Shown: positions 18,167 to 28,393, numbered from the stretch's first letter. The stretch is 64,000 nucleotides of DNA from an uncultured Chloroflexia bacterium (GCA_963814375.1 CAWFCQ010000005.1:32001-96000); one strand, 5' to 3'. Numbers and translations are program-made. The notes: generated by a model not told the origin, from the sequence alone.

Positions 18167-18931
18167 GTGACGGCAACGCAGCCCCAGGCCGATTCGTCGG
18201 CTCCGCGCGCCAATACGATCCTCGGCGCGCTGCCGAACGGCGAATTCCAGCGTGTTGCGGGAGACCTGGAGCCGGTGGACCTGCCACGCGGCACCGTCCT
18301 CGAAGATCCCCACAGCGCGATCGAATGGGTGTACTTCCCTACTTCCGGTGTGGCCTCCATGGTTGCCCTTGGCACCGACGGTGAGTCGGTCGACACGACG
18401 ATGGTCGGCCGCGAGGGCATGACCGGTCTGGCCGTGTTCCTCGGCACGGGTCAGATGCCCGTTCGGACCATCGTCCAGGTGCACCTCACGGGTTACCGCT
18501 TGCCGGCAGGCGCGCTGCGCACCGAGCTCGAACGTGGCGGGCGGCTGGTCAACCTTCTCCAGCGCTACACCCAGGTCGTGATGGTCAGCATGGCGCAGCT
18601 GATCCTGTGCAATCGAGTGCACCGGCTCGATCAGCGCGCTGCTCGCTGGCTGCTCCAGGTTGACGAGCGCGTCGACGAAGCGCCCTTCGATGTGACCCAG
18701 GAATTCCTGGCCGAGATGATCGGCACACAGCGCCCGTCCGTGTCGTTGGCCCTCAGGCAGTTCAAGGACGCCGGACTCATTAAGTACAGCCGTGGGCGGA
18801 TCGTCATCAGTGACCGAGGCGGCCTTCTCGAGCGGTCGTGTGGGTGCATCAACGTCATGCACGACGAGGAGCGGCGACTGCGCGATACGACTGAGGCATT
18901 CGATATTGGCGCCGGCCGCGACAAGCAATGA
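18167..18931 (+). CDS. Crp/Fnr family transcriptional regulator
   Basis: VYFP.SG, VGREG, RAARWLL and HTH TQEFLAEMIGTQRPSVS; TAGCCT-N6-GTG. Confidence 0.92.
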   Translation: MTATQPQADSSAPRANTILGALPNGEFQRVAGDLEPVDLPRGTVLEDPHSAIEWVYFPTSGVASMVALGTDGESVDTTMVGREGMTGLAVFLGTGQMPVRTIVQVHLTGYRLPAGALRTELERGGRLVNLLQRYTQVVMVSMAQLILCNRVHRLDQRAARWLLQVDERVDEAPFDVTQEFLAEMIGTQRPSVSLALRQFKDAGLIKYSRGRIVISDRGGLLERSCGCINVMHDEERRLRDTTEAFDIGAGRDKQ

Positions 18932-18937
18932 GTGGGT

Positions 18938-19471
18938 TCAAACCCCAGTCGCGACCAGGCTCAGCGCCAGATCCTCGTACTCGGGTCTGAGCTCCGGCCA
19001 TCGAGCAGCCCACTGGGCGGGCTTGTCGGCCTCGAGGTGTGAGCACAGATCCTCGATGTGGGCATGCCAGCCCGCCCCGTGTCCCGCGAGCTCGGACAGC
19101 GGGATTCCGCGCTCTTCTAGCACGAGGCGAGTCGAGGAACCCTCGGGCGTGATGGTGGCCTCGATGACGGTCTCCTCCGGCGTGTCAGGATCCATCCTTG
19201 CGACCAGGTGATGCGGCGGGTCGCAGGTATCGATGCGACCCGGTCCCTCCCAGCCGCTGGTGAATCGCGCCTGGACGACGCCGCCGACGCGTAGGTCTCC
19301 ATCGACCTCGGCGATCCAGCGTGCCAATCGCCCCCGATCGGTCACGGCGTCCCACAGGTCGTCGGCATCGGTGTCGAACACGCTTTCCATGCGCACGGCT
19401 CCGCGACGGTCGTCGATGGCGCGCAGCGAGCCGGCCACCTGACCGATGTGCACGGCGTTCGAGTCGGTCAC
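18938..19471 (-). CDS. SRPBCC/Aha1 domain protein
   Basis: LWDAVTD..RLARW and GAGWHAHIE; GTGA overlap with ArsR stop. Confidence 0.85.
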   Translation of the reverse strand: MTDSNAVHIGQVAGSLRAIDDRRGAVRMESVFDTDADDLWDAVTDRGRLARWIAEVDGDLRVGGVVQARFTSGWEGPGRIDTCDPPHHLVARMDPDTPEETVIEATITPEGSSTRLVLEERGIPLSELAGHGAGWHAHIEDLCSHLEADKPAQWAARWPELRPEYEDLALSLVATGV

Positions 19472-19791
19472 TTCTTCTTCCTTTCGTGCTTGCCACGGGC
19501 AATTTCGGTATGAAGCGCATCCAGGCGCTGCTGCCACAGTTCTCGATAGGGCGACAGCCAGCGGTCGATCTCTGCCAGGGGCTCGGGCCGGAGGCTGTAG
19601 ATGCGGAATTGCCCATCGCCCCGCACATCGACCAGGCCGGCATCTCGCAGCACCTTCAAATGGCGGGAGGCGCCGGGACGGGCGATCGGCAGGAGCGATG
19701 CGAGCTCGCCCGCGCTCGAAGGATGGTCGCGCAAGGCCTCCAGCATGACTCGGCGGCTCTCGTCAGAGAGTGCATGCATCGCTTCATCCAT
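19468..19791 (-). CDS. ArsR/SmtB family regulator
   Basis: ALSDESRR, SRHLKVLRDAGLV and RIYSL; usual pairing with SRPBCC gene. Confidence 0.9.
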   Translation of the reverse strand: MDEAMHALSDESRRVMLEALRDHPSSAGELASLLPIARPGASRHLKVLRDAGLVDVRGDGQFRIYSLRPEPLAEIDRWLSPYRELWQQRLDALHTEIARGKHERKKK

Positions 19792-19796
19792 GGCGA

Positions 19797-19834
19797 TATG
19801 TAACCACACCGATACGTACCCGTCAAGGTACATA
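19797..19834. promoter_or_regulatory. Possible ArsR autoregulatory operator
   Basis: Imperfect inverted repeats (ATGTAACC...; ACGTACC-N6-GGTACAT) just upstream of the ArsR start. Confidence 0.35.
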
Positions 19835-19854
19835 CCGCGCCATTGTTGGTGCGG

Positions 19855-20427
19855 CTACCGCTCAGGCTCGGGCAGCACCGGATACTCGGGGATCGGGTAG
19901 ATACCGATTACGAACCCGTAGGCGGTGCTCCCGGATCGGGGAAGCCGGTCGAAGCGTTGCACAAGCTCCAGTGCCTCTTCCCAGAACTCGGCAGCTCGCT
20001 CGCGCGGAATCCGGGCGTGGCGGATGTATGACCACAGCCGATGTGCCTGATACGCCTGCTGTGACTCCTGCGAGGCGACATCGAGGTCATTCGAATCCAG
20101 CGGGAGCGCCTCGTCGCGAGGCCTGGCGCCCACCCCGACGTAGAACATGCGCGCAGTCCGCCCGAAATAGCGCTCCTCGACGGCTCGGATCCTCCGAGTC
20201 CGTATGACACGCACCAGGCCGGCGTCGCTCAGGACGCCCACGTGGTACGCGACGCTGCTCTTTGGACGCCCGACCGCGGCGGCGATCTCCGACACGCTGG
20301 CTGCTCGCTCATGGAGCAAGCCGAGGATGGTGGTCCGAAGCCGATTCCCGACGGCCCGGACCTGGAAGGCCGACGTGAGGGCCATCGTGTCGTCGAGGTC
20401 GTAGTCGGGCACGGAGTTGCTTGCCAT
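19855..20427 (-). CDS. ArsR-like winged-HTH regulator
   Basis: RTTILGLL..ASVSEIA..PKSSVAYHV..L..AGLV..ERYFGRTA. Confidence 0.85.
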   Translation of the reverse strand: MASNSVPDYDLDDTMALTSAFQVRAVGNRLRTTILGLLHERAASVSEIAAAVGRPKSSVAYHVGVLSDAGLVRVIRTRRIRAVEERYFGRTARMFYVGVGARPRDEALPLDSNDLDVASQESQQAYQAHRLWSYIRHARIPRERAAEFWEEALELVQRFDRLPRSGSTAYGFVIGIYPIPEYPVLPEPER

Positions 20428-20452
20428 CGCCGATCAGACTAACATTCCCGAA

Positions 20453-20472
20453 CGATCCAGAAAACTGGATCG
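20453..20472. promoter_or_regulatory. Palindromic operator candidate between divergent regulator and hydrolase
   Basis: Perfect inverted repeat CGATCCAG-AAAA-CTGGATCG. Confidence 0.55.
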
Positions 20473-20496
20473 ATGTGCCAGAAGGGAGACAGACAG

Positions 20497-21078
20497 TTGG
20501 CCAAGATGGTGTTGTTCCACCACGTACAGGGTCTCACCTCCGGGGTCGTCGCCTTCGCCGATGCAGTACGCGCTGACGGCCACACGGTGCACACTCCCGA
20601 TGTCTTCGACGGTCGAACGTTCCCCACCATCGAGGAAGGCATCGGCTACGCCAGGACGATCGGTTTCGACGCCATTCTCGACCGGGCAGTCGACGAGGCC
20701 GAGGCACTGCCGGACGACGTGGTGTATGCCGGCTTCTCGATGGGTGTCATGGCCGCCCAGAAGCTCGCGCAGACCCGCGCGGGCGCACGGGGGGCGGTCT
20801 TGGTCGACGCCTGCTTCCCGATCGCCGAATTCGGTGGTCTGTGGCCGAAGGATGTACCGGTCCAGGTGCACGGTATGGATGCCGATCCGATGTTCGCCGA
20901 AGAGGGTGATTTAGACGCGGCGCGGGCCCTGGTCGACTTTACCGACCACGGAGAGCTCTTCCTCTACCCCGGAAACGTGCACCTGTTCGCGGACTCCTCG
21001 TTGCCCTCCTACGACCCGCAGGCGACGGAGCTCATGACGGGTCGCGTCCTCGAATTCCTGTCCGCGAGCGGGAGCTGA
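20497..21078 (+). CDS. Dienelactone hydrolase family protein
   Basis: GFSMG nucleophile elbow, HG..D, YPG..HLF. Confidence 0.88.
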   Translation: MAKMVLFHHVQGLTSGVVAFADAVRADGHTVHTPDVFDGRTFPTIEEGIGYARTIGFDAILDRAVDEAEALPDDVVYAGFSMGVMAAQKLAQTRAGARGAVLVDACFPIAEFGGLWPKDVPVQVHGMDADPMFAEEGDLDAARALVDFTDHGELFLYPGNVHLFADSSLPSYDPQATELMTGRVLEFLSASGS

Positions 21079-21174
21079 GCGCTCAGACAATTGTCGAGCT
21101 CGGTGTTCGGCCGTGCGTCGTTGGAGCGATACCCCACGCAGGGGACGCAAAGCCGTATCACAGGGACCGAAGCC

Positions 21175-21399
21175 ATGGACATCCACAACTACCCCATCGA
21201 CCTCGCCGTCAAGGTGCACGATAACCGCGCCAGGGCGCTGCTCCGCGAACGAAGTCTGCGACGAGAGCGACGCGCACTGCAGCTGGAGCAGGCCGGCCGC
21301 CGCCACGTGGGATGGTCCCTGCGCGTGTTGCTGGCAGAACCACTCTTCGTCGGCAGCGCCGGGTTCGTGCTCGGTTGGCTGGTGTCCCAGCGCGGATAG
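21175..21399 (+). CDS. Small hypothetical protein with C-terminal TM
   Basis: ORF with a hydrophobic tail, followed by a hairpin. Confidence 0.4.
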   Translation: MDIHNYPIDLAVKVHDNRARALLRERSLRRERRALQLEQAGRRHVGWSLRVLLAEPLFVGSAGFVLGWLVSQRG

Positions 21400-21430
21400 C
21401 CCGCGGCGAGGAGGGCAACATTGGCAGGGC

Positions 21431-21457
21431 GCGGTCAGCCCATGAGAGGCTGACCGC
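21431..21457. terminator. Hairpin between convergent genes
   Basis: GCGGTCAGCC-N7-GGCTGACCGC, 10-bp stem. Confidence 0.6.
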
Positions 21458-21480
21458 CACCAGCGCCCTTGGGCGTTCGC

Positions 21481-22296
21481 TCAGCCCTTCGAAGGCTCCG
21501 TCCGAGGACCCGGTGCAGGTGGTCCGGAGGGAGCGTCCGACGCTCCGGTCGTATCCCCGCCGTCCGAGGATGCTTCGCTCTGGGTCTGGGCATACTCGGC
21601 GATCTTCGCGCCAGCCTCGCGGCCCTTCGTGTACCAGCCCGCCGTGATCTGTGCCGCCGTCTGCTGCCCGCCGAGCCCGAACGCCAGGCCAGCGGCCAGG
21701 ACGACCATGGCGACGAGACCGATGAACAGCGTGTCCACAACCGTCTCGGCGATGCCCAGCTGGTCGATCGCGGCCATGACCGCGAACACCACGATGGCGT
21801 AGTAGGCGACGCTCGCCAGGAGCCCAGGGTTGGTGAACCCCATCTGGGACGTCGAGCCGCGCACCACGCCGCTGACGAACTTGGCGATCAGGGTACCGAT
21901 GACCACGATCACGATGGCCACGACCAGGTTGGGCAGCCACAGCAGGATGGCGTTGACGATCTGGCTGATCTGGGTGAGCCCGAGAATCGATGCCGCGGCC
22001 TGGATCGCCAGAAGCCGGATGAACCACTTCACGATCTCGGCGACGATCTCGCTCGCCGTCCAGCTCGAGCCGGAGCGCTCAATGAAGCCGCTGATGCCGG
22101 TGGACTGCGCCGCGCGCTCGAAGCCGACCGCCTTGAGTCCACGCTCGACGAGCCCGGCGAGCAGGCCGGCGATGAACCAGCCGATCAGGAGAATGAGCAG
22201 AGCGCCGACGAGCGCCGGCAGGAATCCCAGGAAGTTCTGAAGGGCCTCGGTGATGGACACCATCACCGCGTCGCCCCAGGTTTCGACGGTTTCCAT
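21481..22296 (-). CDS. CmpX-like TM-helix-repeat protein (mechanosensitive channel family)
   Basis: Repeated FLP.LVGA.LIL / WLPNLV.A helices and AFGLGG. Confidence 0.85.
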   Translation of the reverse strand: METVETWGDAVMVSITEALQNFLGFLPALVGALLILLIGWFIAGLLAGLVERGLKAVGFERAAQSTGISGFIERSGSSWTASEIVAEIVKWFIRLLAIQAAASILGLTQISQIVNAILLWLPNLVVAIVIVVIGTLIAKFVSGVVRGSTSQMGFTNPGLLASVAYYAIVVFAVMAAIDQLGIAETVVDTLFIGLVAMVVLAAGLAFGLGGQQTAAQITAGWYTKGREAGAKIAEYAQTQSEASSDGGDTTGASDAPSGPPAPGPRTEPSKG

Positions 22297-22410
22297 CGTT
22301 CGAGTCTCCACGTACGAGTGCGGTTGATCCGAACGCCACATGCAGGCGGCGTGCCCTTGAGGAGCTTCCAGGTGCGGGCCAGGGGTGGCGTCCGCGTCGG
22401 GCGTGCCGCC

Positions 22411-22656
22411 TTAGTCCTTCGACTTGCCCTTCAGGACCTTGTCGGCCTTCCGGTTGATCCGGTCGAACTCGCTCTTGGTGAGATTGCCGTCCTTGCGCTG
22501 CTTTCGTGACAGCCGCTTGGCGCTGATCGCGTGCCCCTTGTCCGGGATGGGGTAGTTGCCGGTTTCCTTCTTCGCGTCGGCCGAGCGAGCCTTCTCGGGG
22601 AGACCGAACTCCTTGGGCGGGAGCTTCGCCCGCTCATTCGCGCTGAGCTTCGCCAT
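22411..22656 (-). CDS. Small basic protein (DUF6582-like)
   Basis: R.KLP..EFGLP...YPIPD..HA motif. Confidence 0.6.
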   Translation of the reverse strand: MAKLSANERAKLPPKEFGLPEKARSADAKKETGNYPIPDKGHAISAKRLSRKQRKDGNLTKSEFDRINRKADKVLKGKSKD

Positions 22657-22732
22657 GGCAGAACCCACTCCTTCTCGAGTACCACGCGCGAGCAAGCACG
22701 CCGGGTGCCAGCAGCCAGGCGTTAATCGGCGC

Positions 22733-23206
22733 CTACTGGCTCAGCAGCAGCGCGACGACGGTCCCGACCGCCAGACCGATGAAGATCGCGGCAATCAGGA
22801 AGCTGGGGATACCGACCGGTTCGCGCGCCTCATCGCGGGCCGCCCCGAGACGAACCCGCTCCACGTCGGGCTCGCTCGTCCCTTTCCCGATGAACCGAAG
22901 GACGCCGGATCGCTGGCGAGCCACGGGCACCGCCCGGGTGGCGGGCGCTGGAATCGGCTCGGGCCGATCGGGGTGGAGCTCGCTGGGCCGCGGGATGACG
23001 ACGGAATCGGCAGGCGCCGGTCGAGGGGGCGGCGCGGGGTCGACGACAGCTCCCTGTGCCGATTCAGGTGCCCTGACGCTGGGGGCAACGTCCGCGCGGG
23101 CCTCGCACCTGGGGCAGAAGTCGCCGACGAAGGACGCCGCCAGGAACCGCTTGCATCGCAGGCACCGGCGGGCTGGCTTCGCAGGCTGAGTCGTGATCCA
23201 GCTCAT
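22733..23206 (-). CDS. Hypothetical zinc-ribbon plus C-terminal TM protein
   Basis: CLRC...CPRC, Pro-rich linker, terminal TM. Confidence 0.55.
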   Translation of the reverse strand: MSWITTQPAKPARRCLRCKRFLAASFVGDFCPRCEARADVAPSVRAPESAQGAVVDPAPPPRPAPADSVVIPRPSELHPDRPEPIPAPATRAVPVARQRSGVLRFIGKGTSEPDVERVRLGAARDEAREPVGIPSFLIAAIFIGLAVGTVVALLLSQ

Positions 23207-23212
23207 CGAGCG

Positions 23213-23615
23213 TCACCCGACGTGGACGGATGGTCGCCGGCGCTCAACCTGCTCAACGAGGACGGCGCGCAGCGCGGGACGGTCAACATCCTCGGCAGTA
23301 CGGCACTTGACGTGCCGGATGCGCTTGCCCGTCCCCTCGATCAGGCTCATCGGGGTCGCCGAGAAGGGCGCCGTCGGCGAGCTGAACGTTGACGTGAGCG
23401 GTGTGCGGGATGAGCCCGATCGCGAAGTCGCGCATCCGCACGCCCTCGGATGATGCGAAGCCGAATGCGAGGAGCCGATCCGGCAGATCCAGCTGCTCGG
23501 TGAGGTCCGGCTCGATGTCGCGGACGAGGGCCCGGAGGCGCCGGAAGACATCGGCCACCACCGGCGAGTGTTCGCCGAGAAGCGGGTCGAGCTCGTCGGG
23601 CGACATCGCGGTCAC
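23213..23615 (-). CDS. DUF1801-like protein, frameshifted near 23345
   Basis: HVNVQLADGALL.DP in one frame and LIEGTGKRIRHVK in another. Confidence 0.75.
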
Positions 23616-24040
23616 CAGAGGGCGAGGCCGGTCGACTCGTCGGGCACGCGGACGAGCGAAACTCCGGTGATCTCACGGATCATCACCTCGACCATGAACA
23701 CCTCGCAGCCGCGCACGAGGTGACCGCCGGTGCATGCGCCGGTGGCATCGGCGAAGGTGGCGTGGGCGTGCAGGAAGGGGCGGTCGTCGCGCAGGCTGAT
23801 GTTGCCGGTGAAGCCGACGATCTCGTGGTGCGTGTCGGACCCGAGGTCCACGTACTGCCGCCGCTCCTGGTCGAAGTAGGCGTATCGCGCGCGACGCACT
23901 GCGCCGATGGCCGTGACCTGGCCCGCCAGGATCCCCTGCTCGAGGCAGTGCGCTTCGATCGCCTCGACCAGGTCGGTCCCCGCCTCGAGGCGTCCCACGA
24001 AGCCGCGGCCGGCGCTGAGCTCCTGGAATCCGGGGGGCAT
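23612..24040 (-). CDS. PPC/DUF296 domain protein
   Basis: RLEAG.DL, AIGAV, GNIS..FLHAH and GGHL. Confidence 0.88.
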   Translation of the reverse strand: MPPGFQELSAGRGFVGRLEAGTDLVEAIEAHCLEQGILAGQVTAIGAVRRARYAYFDQERRQYVDLGSDTHHEIVGFTGNISLRDDRPFLHAHATFADATGACTGGHLVRGCEVFMVEVMIREITGVSLVRVPDESTGLALW

Positions 24041-24048
24041 CGGTCCTC

Positions 24049-26589
24049 CTATTCGAACTGCTTGAGGTTGCGAACGATCGGCAGCGACGCCGCAACGCGA
24101 GCAGGATAGATGCCCGCCAGCGCGGCCACTCCAGTCCCGAGGAGCAGCACCGCGACGAGGAGCGGCCACGGCAGGCGCAACCCCGCCGACAGCTCGGGTG
24201 TCGCCGGGCTGCCGCCGACGAGGGCCAGCGCGACGAGCACGCCGATGCCGACGGCCAGGACGCCCGCGATGGCGCCCATGATCGCCGCCTCCGAGACGAC
24301 CATCGCCTGGACCTGGCCGACGGTCATGCCGTGGCTTCGCAGGATCGCGATCTCGCGCTCGCGCTCGTGGACGCCGACGCCGAGCGTGTTCACGATCCCG
24401 AGGGCGCCGATGACGACGGCGATCAGGGCGAGCACGTCGAACAGCCCGACGAGCCGATCGAGCGACATCGACAGCTCCGCGGCGAGGTCGCGCGGCGTGA
24501 GCGGCTCAGCCGCTAGCTGGACGGCCGTGTCACGGACCGAAGCGGCGAAGGCGGACGGCGCGATCTGGGGCTGCGGCACCATCATCCACAGCGACGCCGC
24601 GGTGGCGCCGAATCCGTCGCGGGCGTCCGCTGCGCCGACGATCAGCGCTCCGTCCTCGGTGCGGGCCGGGATGGAGTGCTCGAGCAGGCCGGCGACGACC
24701 AGGTCCCTGGGTTCGCCGGAAGCTGCGGCGAGGGCGATCGTGTCGCCCACGCCGATTCCGGCCCGCTGGGCGAGCGTCGTCGGGACCAGCACCGCCCCAC
24801 CCGCGCGCAGTGCGGCGAAGGCATCGGCTCGGTCGGCGCCCTCGATCAGAAGCGCGCCCGCGTCCTCGTACAGGTTCACGTCGATCCCGGCCAGCGCGGC
24901 CTCCTCGCGCTCGGTGGGGGTGATGCGGATGACCGGCGCCTCGAGCACGGGGCTCGCCATCAGGACCCCAGGCGTGGCCTCGAACGCGGGCCGGAAGGTC
25001 TCCGCCTCGAGCGGGAGGCTGGTGCGTATGGCATGGCCGCCGGGCATGATCGAGGCGATCCGCCCTTCACTGCCGGCCCGCGCCGACTCGGCGACGGTGC
25101 CGAGCGCGACGACGGCGGCCAGCGCGACCATCATGGCGCCCACGGTGAGGCCGGTCCGCGTTCGGTCTCGCGCCAGGCTGACCCGGCCGAGCATGCCCTC
25201 GGCGCCGAATAGCCACTCGAACGGGCGCCCGACGATGCGCCCCAGCGGCTCGAGGACGAAGGCGGCCGCAAGCGCCCCGCCGAGAAGAAGGCCGACCGAG
25301 ATGAGGGCCGGCAGGATGGGGAGGCTCTGCCCGCTCGCGACGACGATGCCGAGACCGATGAGCGTGATGACGAGCTCGGCGAGGACCAGGGGCCGCATGC
25401 GGTCGATCAGGCCGCGGCCCGCGTGATGGGGCGGTCGCAACGCGTCGAGCGGGGTGAGGCCGGCCGCGCGCCGAGCCGGACCGATTGCGCCCACGAGGGT
25501 GACGAGCACGCCGAGCCCGAAGGCCGCGAGCAGACCGCCCACCGGCAGCGGAAGCCCCACCACCAGCACCGCGCGGGTCGACGAGAGGACCCCGATCATG
25601 ACCACCGCCATCAGCACCCCGAGCCCGATGCCCAGCAGGCTGCCGACGATCGCGAGCACGGCTGCCTGGCGCAGGACGATCCCGAGCACCTGGCGCGAGG
25701 TCGTCCCCGCGGCCCGCAGCAGTCCGAGCTCGCGCATCCGCTCCCCGACCGTCGCGGCCAGCGTGTTGCCCACCAGGAACGTGCCCACCGCCACCGCAAC
25801 GAGGCCGAACACGAGCGCAACCCCCACGAACCCGGCCTGGGCTGAAGCGAACTGCGCCGCCGTATCTTCCGGGGTCTCCACCACGTACGGCTCTTCCAGC
25901 CCGCCGACAACTGCCTCGATCCCCTGAGGCGTGGGATCAACGCCGAGGTCGAGATCGATGTAGCGGACCGGCGAGGGAACCTCGAACGAGGCATCGAGGG
26001 TCTCGCGAGGAGCGATGATCAGCTCGCCGCGCTCGAGGGCCGCCAGGCCGCTGTCGGCGGCGAGCCCGACGATGCGCAGCGGCGGCATGCCCTCACGCCG
26101 CCCCGACAGTCGCAGCTCGTCGCCGAGACCGAGCCCGTTCCGCGCCGCCCACGATGCCGCGACCACGGCCTCACTCGCATCATCGGCCGCCAGCCGCCGT
26201 CCGGCGACGAGAGCCAGGTCGCGGATTCGAGCATCCTCCCCCGGATCGATGCCGAGGACGAGCAGGGTGAAGACGCGCTCGTTCGGCCCGGGGGCGGTGG
26301 ACACCGTCAGGCGCCGCTCGCTGACGGGGGCGGCCGCAAGCACCGCGGCGTCGTCGCGCAACGACTGCAGCGTGCGCGGGCCGAACCCCCCGTCCTCGAA
26401 CGCGCGGAGCCGCAGGTCGGCATGGCCGAGGAGCTCTGCGGTCACGCTCTCGAGGGCCTGCTGCGAGGCGGAACCGACGACGATCGTCGCCGCCAGCACC
26501 GCCACCCCGAGCGCGATGCCGATGAGCGTCAGCGCGGTCCGCAGCGGGCGCGCCAGCAGACCGCGCCAGGCGAGGGTCGCCAGGTACAT
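24049..26589 (-). CDS. FtsX/MacB-like ABC transporter permease
   Basis: Duplicated architecture: RTALT..GIALGV, ERMRELGLLRAAG, EREIAILRSHG. Confidence 0.9.
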   Translation of the reverse strand: MYLATLAWRGLLARPLRTALTLIGIALGVAVLAATIVVGSASQQALESVTAELLGHADLRLRAFEDGGFGPRTLQSLRDDAAVLAAAPVSERRLTVSTAPGPNERVFTLLVLGIDPGEDARIRDLALVAGRRLAADDASEAVVAASWAARNGLGLGDELRLSGRREGMPPLRIVGLAADSGLAALERGELIIAPRETLDASFEVPSPVRYIDLDLGVDPTPQGIEAVVGGLEEPYVVETPEDTAAQFASAQAGFVGVALVFGLVAVAVGTFLVGNTLAATVGERMRELGLLRAAGTTSRQVLGIVLRQAAVLAIVGSLLGIGLGVLMAVVMIGVLSSTRAVLVVGLPLPVGGLLAAFGLGVLVTLVGAIGPARRAAGLTPLDALRPPHHAGRGLIDRMRPLVLAELVITLIGLGIVVASGQSLPILPALISVGLLLGGALAAAFVLEPLGRIVGRPFEWLFGAEGMLGRVSLARDRTRTGLTVGAMMVALAAVVALGTVAESARAGSEGRIASIMPGGHAIRTSLPLEAETFRPAFEATPGVLMASPVLEAPVIRITPTEREEAALAGIDVNLYEDAGALLIEGADRADAFAALRAGGAVLVPTTLAQRAGIGVGDTIALAAASGEPRDLVVAGLLEHSIPARTEDGALIVGAADARDGFGATAASLWMMVPQPQIAPSAFAASVRDTAVQLAAEPLTPRDLAAELSMSLDRLVGLFDVLALIAVVIGALGIVNTLGVGVHEREREIAILRSHGMTVGQVQAMVVSEAAIMGAIAGVLAVGIGVLVALALVGGSPATPELSAGLRLPWPLLVAVLLLGTGVAALAGIYPARVAASLPIVRNLKQFE

Positions 26590-26592
26590 GGC

Positions 26593-27339
26593 TTACAGCC
26601 CGTGCTCGACCAGACGGCGAATCAGGCGGCTCGCGTCCGGGTCGGATCGTCTGCCGAGCACGATCTCATCGCGCACCTCGCCATCCCGCACCACGAGCAC
26701 GCGGTCCGCGTAGGCCGCGGCGCGGGCGTCGTGGGTGACCAGCACGATCGTCTGGCCCAAGCGGTCGGCCGAGTCCCACAGGAGGCGGAGGATCTCGGTG
26801 CCGGTGGTGTAGTCCAGGTTCCCGGTCGGCTCATCGGCGAGGAGGATGGCGGGCCCTGTGGCGAGCGCGCGCGCCAGGGCGACTCGCTGCTGCTCGCCGG
26901 CCGAGAGCTGGCCCGGCCGGTGGCGAGCCTTCTTCGTCAGGCCGACCATGGCGAGCAGCTCGTCGATCCGCTCGCGATTGTTGGCGATGGTGTCGCCCGC
27001 GATGAGGAAGGGCAGGGCCACGTTCTCCTCGACATCGAGGAGCGGGATGAGGTTGAAGAACTGGAAGACGAAGCCGGTCTTCGCCCGGCGCGTGAGCGTC
27101 CGCTGCTCCTCGTCGAGACCGGAGATGCTGATGCCGTCGATCACGACCTCACCCGAGCTCGGCAGGTCGAGCCCGCCGAGCAGGTGGAGCATGGTCGACT
27201 TGCCCGAACCGGACTCGCCCATGATCGCCACGAACTCGCCCTTCTCGACGGCGAGCGAGACGCCGCGCAGCGCCTCGACTTCACCCGCCCCTAGGCGGTA
27301 CCGCTTGACGAGGTCACGCGCCTCGAGGATCACGGGCAT
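26593..27339 (-). CDS. LolD/MacB-type ABC ATP-binding protein
   Basis: GESGSGKST, LSAGEQQR and ADEPTGNLD. Confidence 0.95.
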   Translation of the reverse strand: MPVILEARDLVKRYRLGAGEVEALRGVSLAVEKGEFVAIMGESGSGKSTMLHLLGGLDLPSSGEVVIDGISISGLDEEQRTLTRRAKTGFVFQFFNLIPLLDVEENVALPFLIAGDTIANNRERIDELLAMVGLTKKARHRPGQLSAGEQQRVALARALATGPAILLADEPTGNLDYTTGTEILRLLWDSADRLGQTIVLVTHDARAAAYADRVLVVRDGEVRDEIVLGRRSDPDASRLIRRLVEHGL

Positions 27340-27385
27340 TGGCGGAGTCTATCGGCCGGGAAGTTGCTGATGCGGGCGCCTCGGC

Positions 27386-28393
27386 TCAGCCGAAGAGGAA
27401 GCCGAGGACCGCGCCGACGATCCCGTCGAGGAGGCCGGGCTCCGAGCGCGGAGCCGCCGCGACGTTCATTGCCCCCGCGTCGTCTGCGGCGGTCGCCGGG
27501 GCCGACGCGGCGACCCGCATCGCGGCTGCGCGCGCAGCCGCCAGCTCATCGGCGCGCAGCCGGCTGGCGAGGTCAAGCCGCTCCGGGCTCGATACCACCG
27601 TCGCGACGCCATCGATGCCCGCGGTCGAGACCGGCCGCTGGGGCGCCTCGACGGCGACGTGCTTGGCCTTGGGCGGAGCGGGTGCAGCTGCTTGCGGGGC
27701 CGCGGGAGCCGCGCTGCCTCCGCCGCCGCCCGAGCCTCCGCCGGACCCACCACCGCCCGACCCACCACCGCCGGACGGTGGACGTGGGGCCGGAGCCGGA
27801 GGAGGCGCCGGCGGTCGCGGCGCGGGGGCGGGGGCTGCGGCATTCGCCTGGAGGAAGAGCTCGGTGTACATGCGCGTGTTCTGCACGTTGCCGAGGAATG
27901 CCTTTGCGGTCGTAGCGGCGGCGCCGACGGCACCGTGCGTGAATGATCGGTTGAGGACATTGGCTCGGTGGCCGGCGGACGCCATGAACTGCTCGTGGAC
28001 GCTGACCGGCGATGCCGCATCCGAGTGACCGGCGTTCCAGCCGATGTTCTCGCCCGCCCAGGCGTACTGGAGGCCGCTCGAGTCGTAGTAGGCATAGACG
28101 AGGCAGCCGCAGCCTGGGATGGTGTGACTGAAGTAGTTCTTGGCGAGCATGTCCGAGCTTCGCCAGCGGGCGAGGCCCAGAAGGGTCCCGTGCTGCTGGA
28201 GCGGCGCCATGCCGTTGTTCGATCGCGCACCGTTGAGCAGCTGCCAGAGGGTGGCCTCGGCGGCGCCCTGGTTCCAGCCGCTGGTCGCGCTCGGGCTCCA
28301 GGCAAGCGCTCCCGCAGCGAAGACGGCGCTGAAGCCGAAGGCGATCGCGCGCGTGACGACGCGGCGCGGCCGTTGAGCAGAACCCATGAGCAT
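27386..28393 (-). CDS. Secreted CAP (SCP) domain protein with Pro/Gly-rich tail
   Basis: Signal peptide, NYFSH, GENIG and FMASAGHRAN; GGGS repeats. Confidence 0.88.
   Translation of the reverse strand: MLMGSAQRPRRVVTRAIAFGFSAVFAAGALAWSPSATSGWNQGAAEATLWQLLNGARSNNGMAPLQQHGTLLGLARWRSSDMLAKNYFSHTIPGCGCLVYAYYDSSGLQYAWAGENIGWNAGHSDAASPVSVHEQFMASAGHRANVLNRSFTHGAVGAAATTAKAFLGNVQNTRMYTELFLQANAAAPAPAPRPPAPPPAPAPRPPSGGGGSGGGGSGGGSGGGGGSAAPAAPQAAAPAPPKAKHVAVEAPQRPVSTAGIDGVATVVSSPERLDLASRLRADELAAARAAAMRVAASAPATAADDAGAMNVAAAPRSEPGLLDGIVGAVLGFLFG

Noticed and set aside
18932-18957. tRNA T-arm-like GTGGGTTCAAACCCCA...ACCA
   Set aside because: Acceptor strand too short, and it overlaps the SRPBCC coding end
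21125-21165. c-di-GMP-I riboswitch-like GGGGACGCAAAGCC
   Set aside because: No GCAAAC/GNRA stem match and no room for the second stem before the ATG
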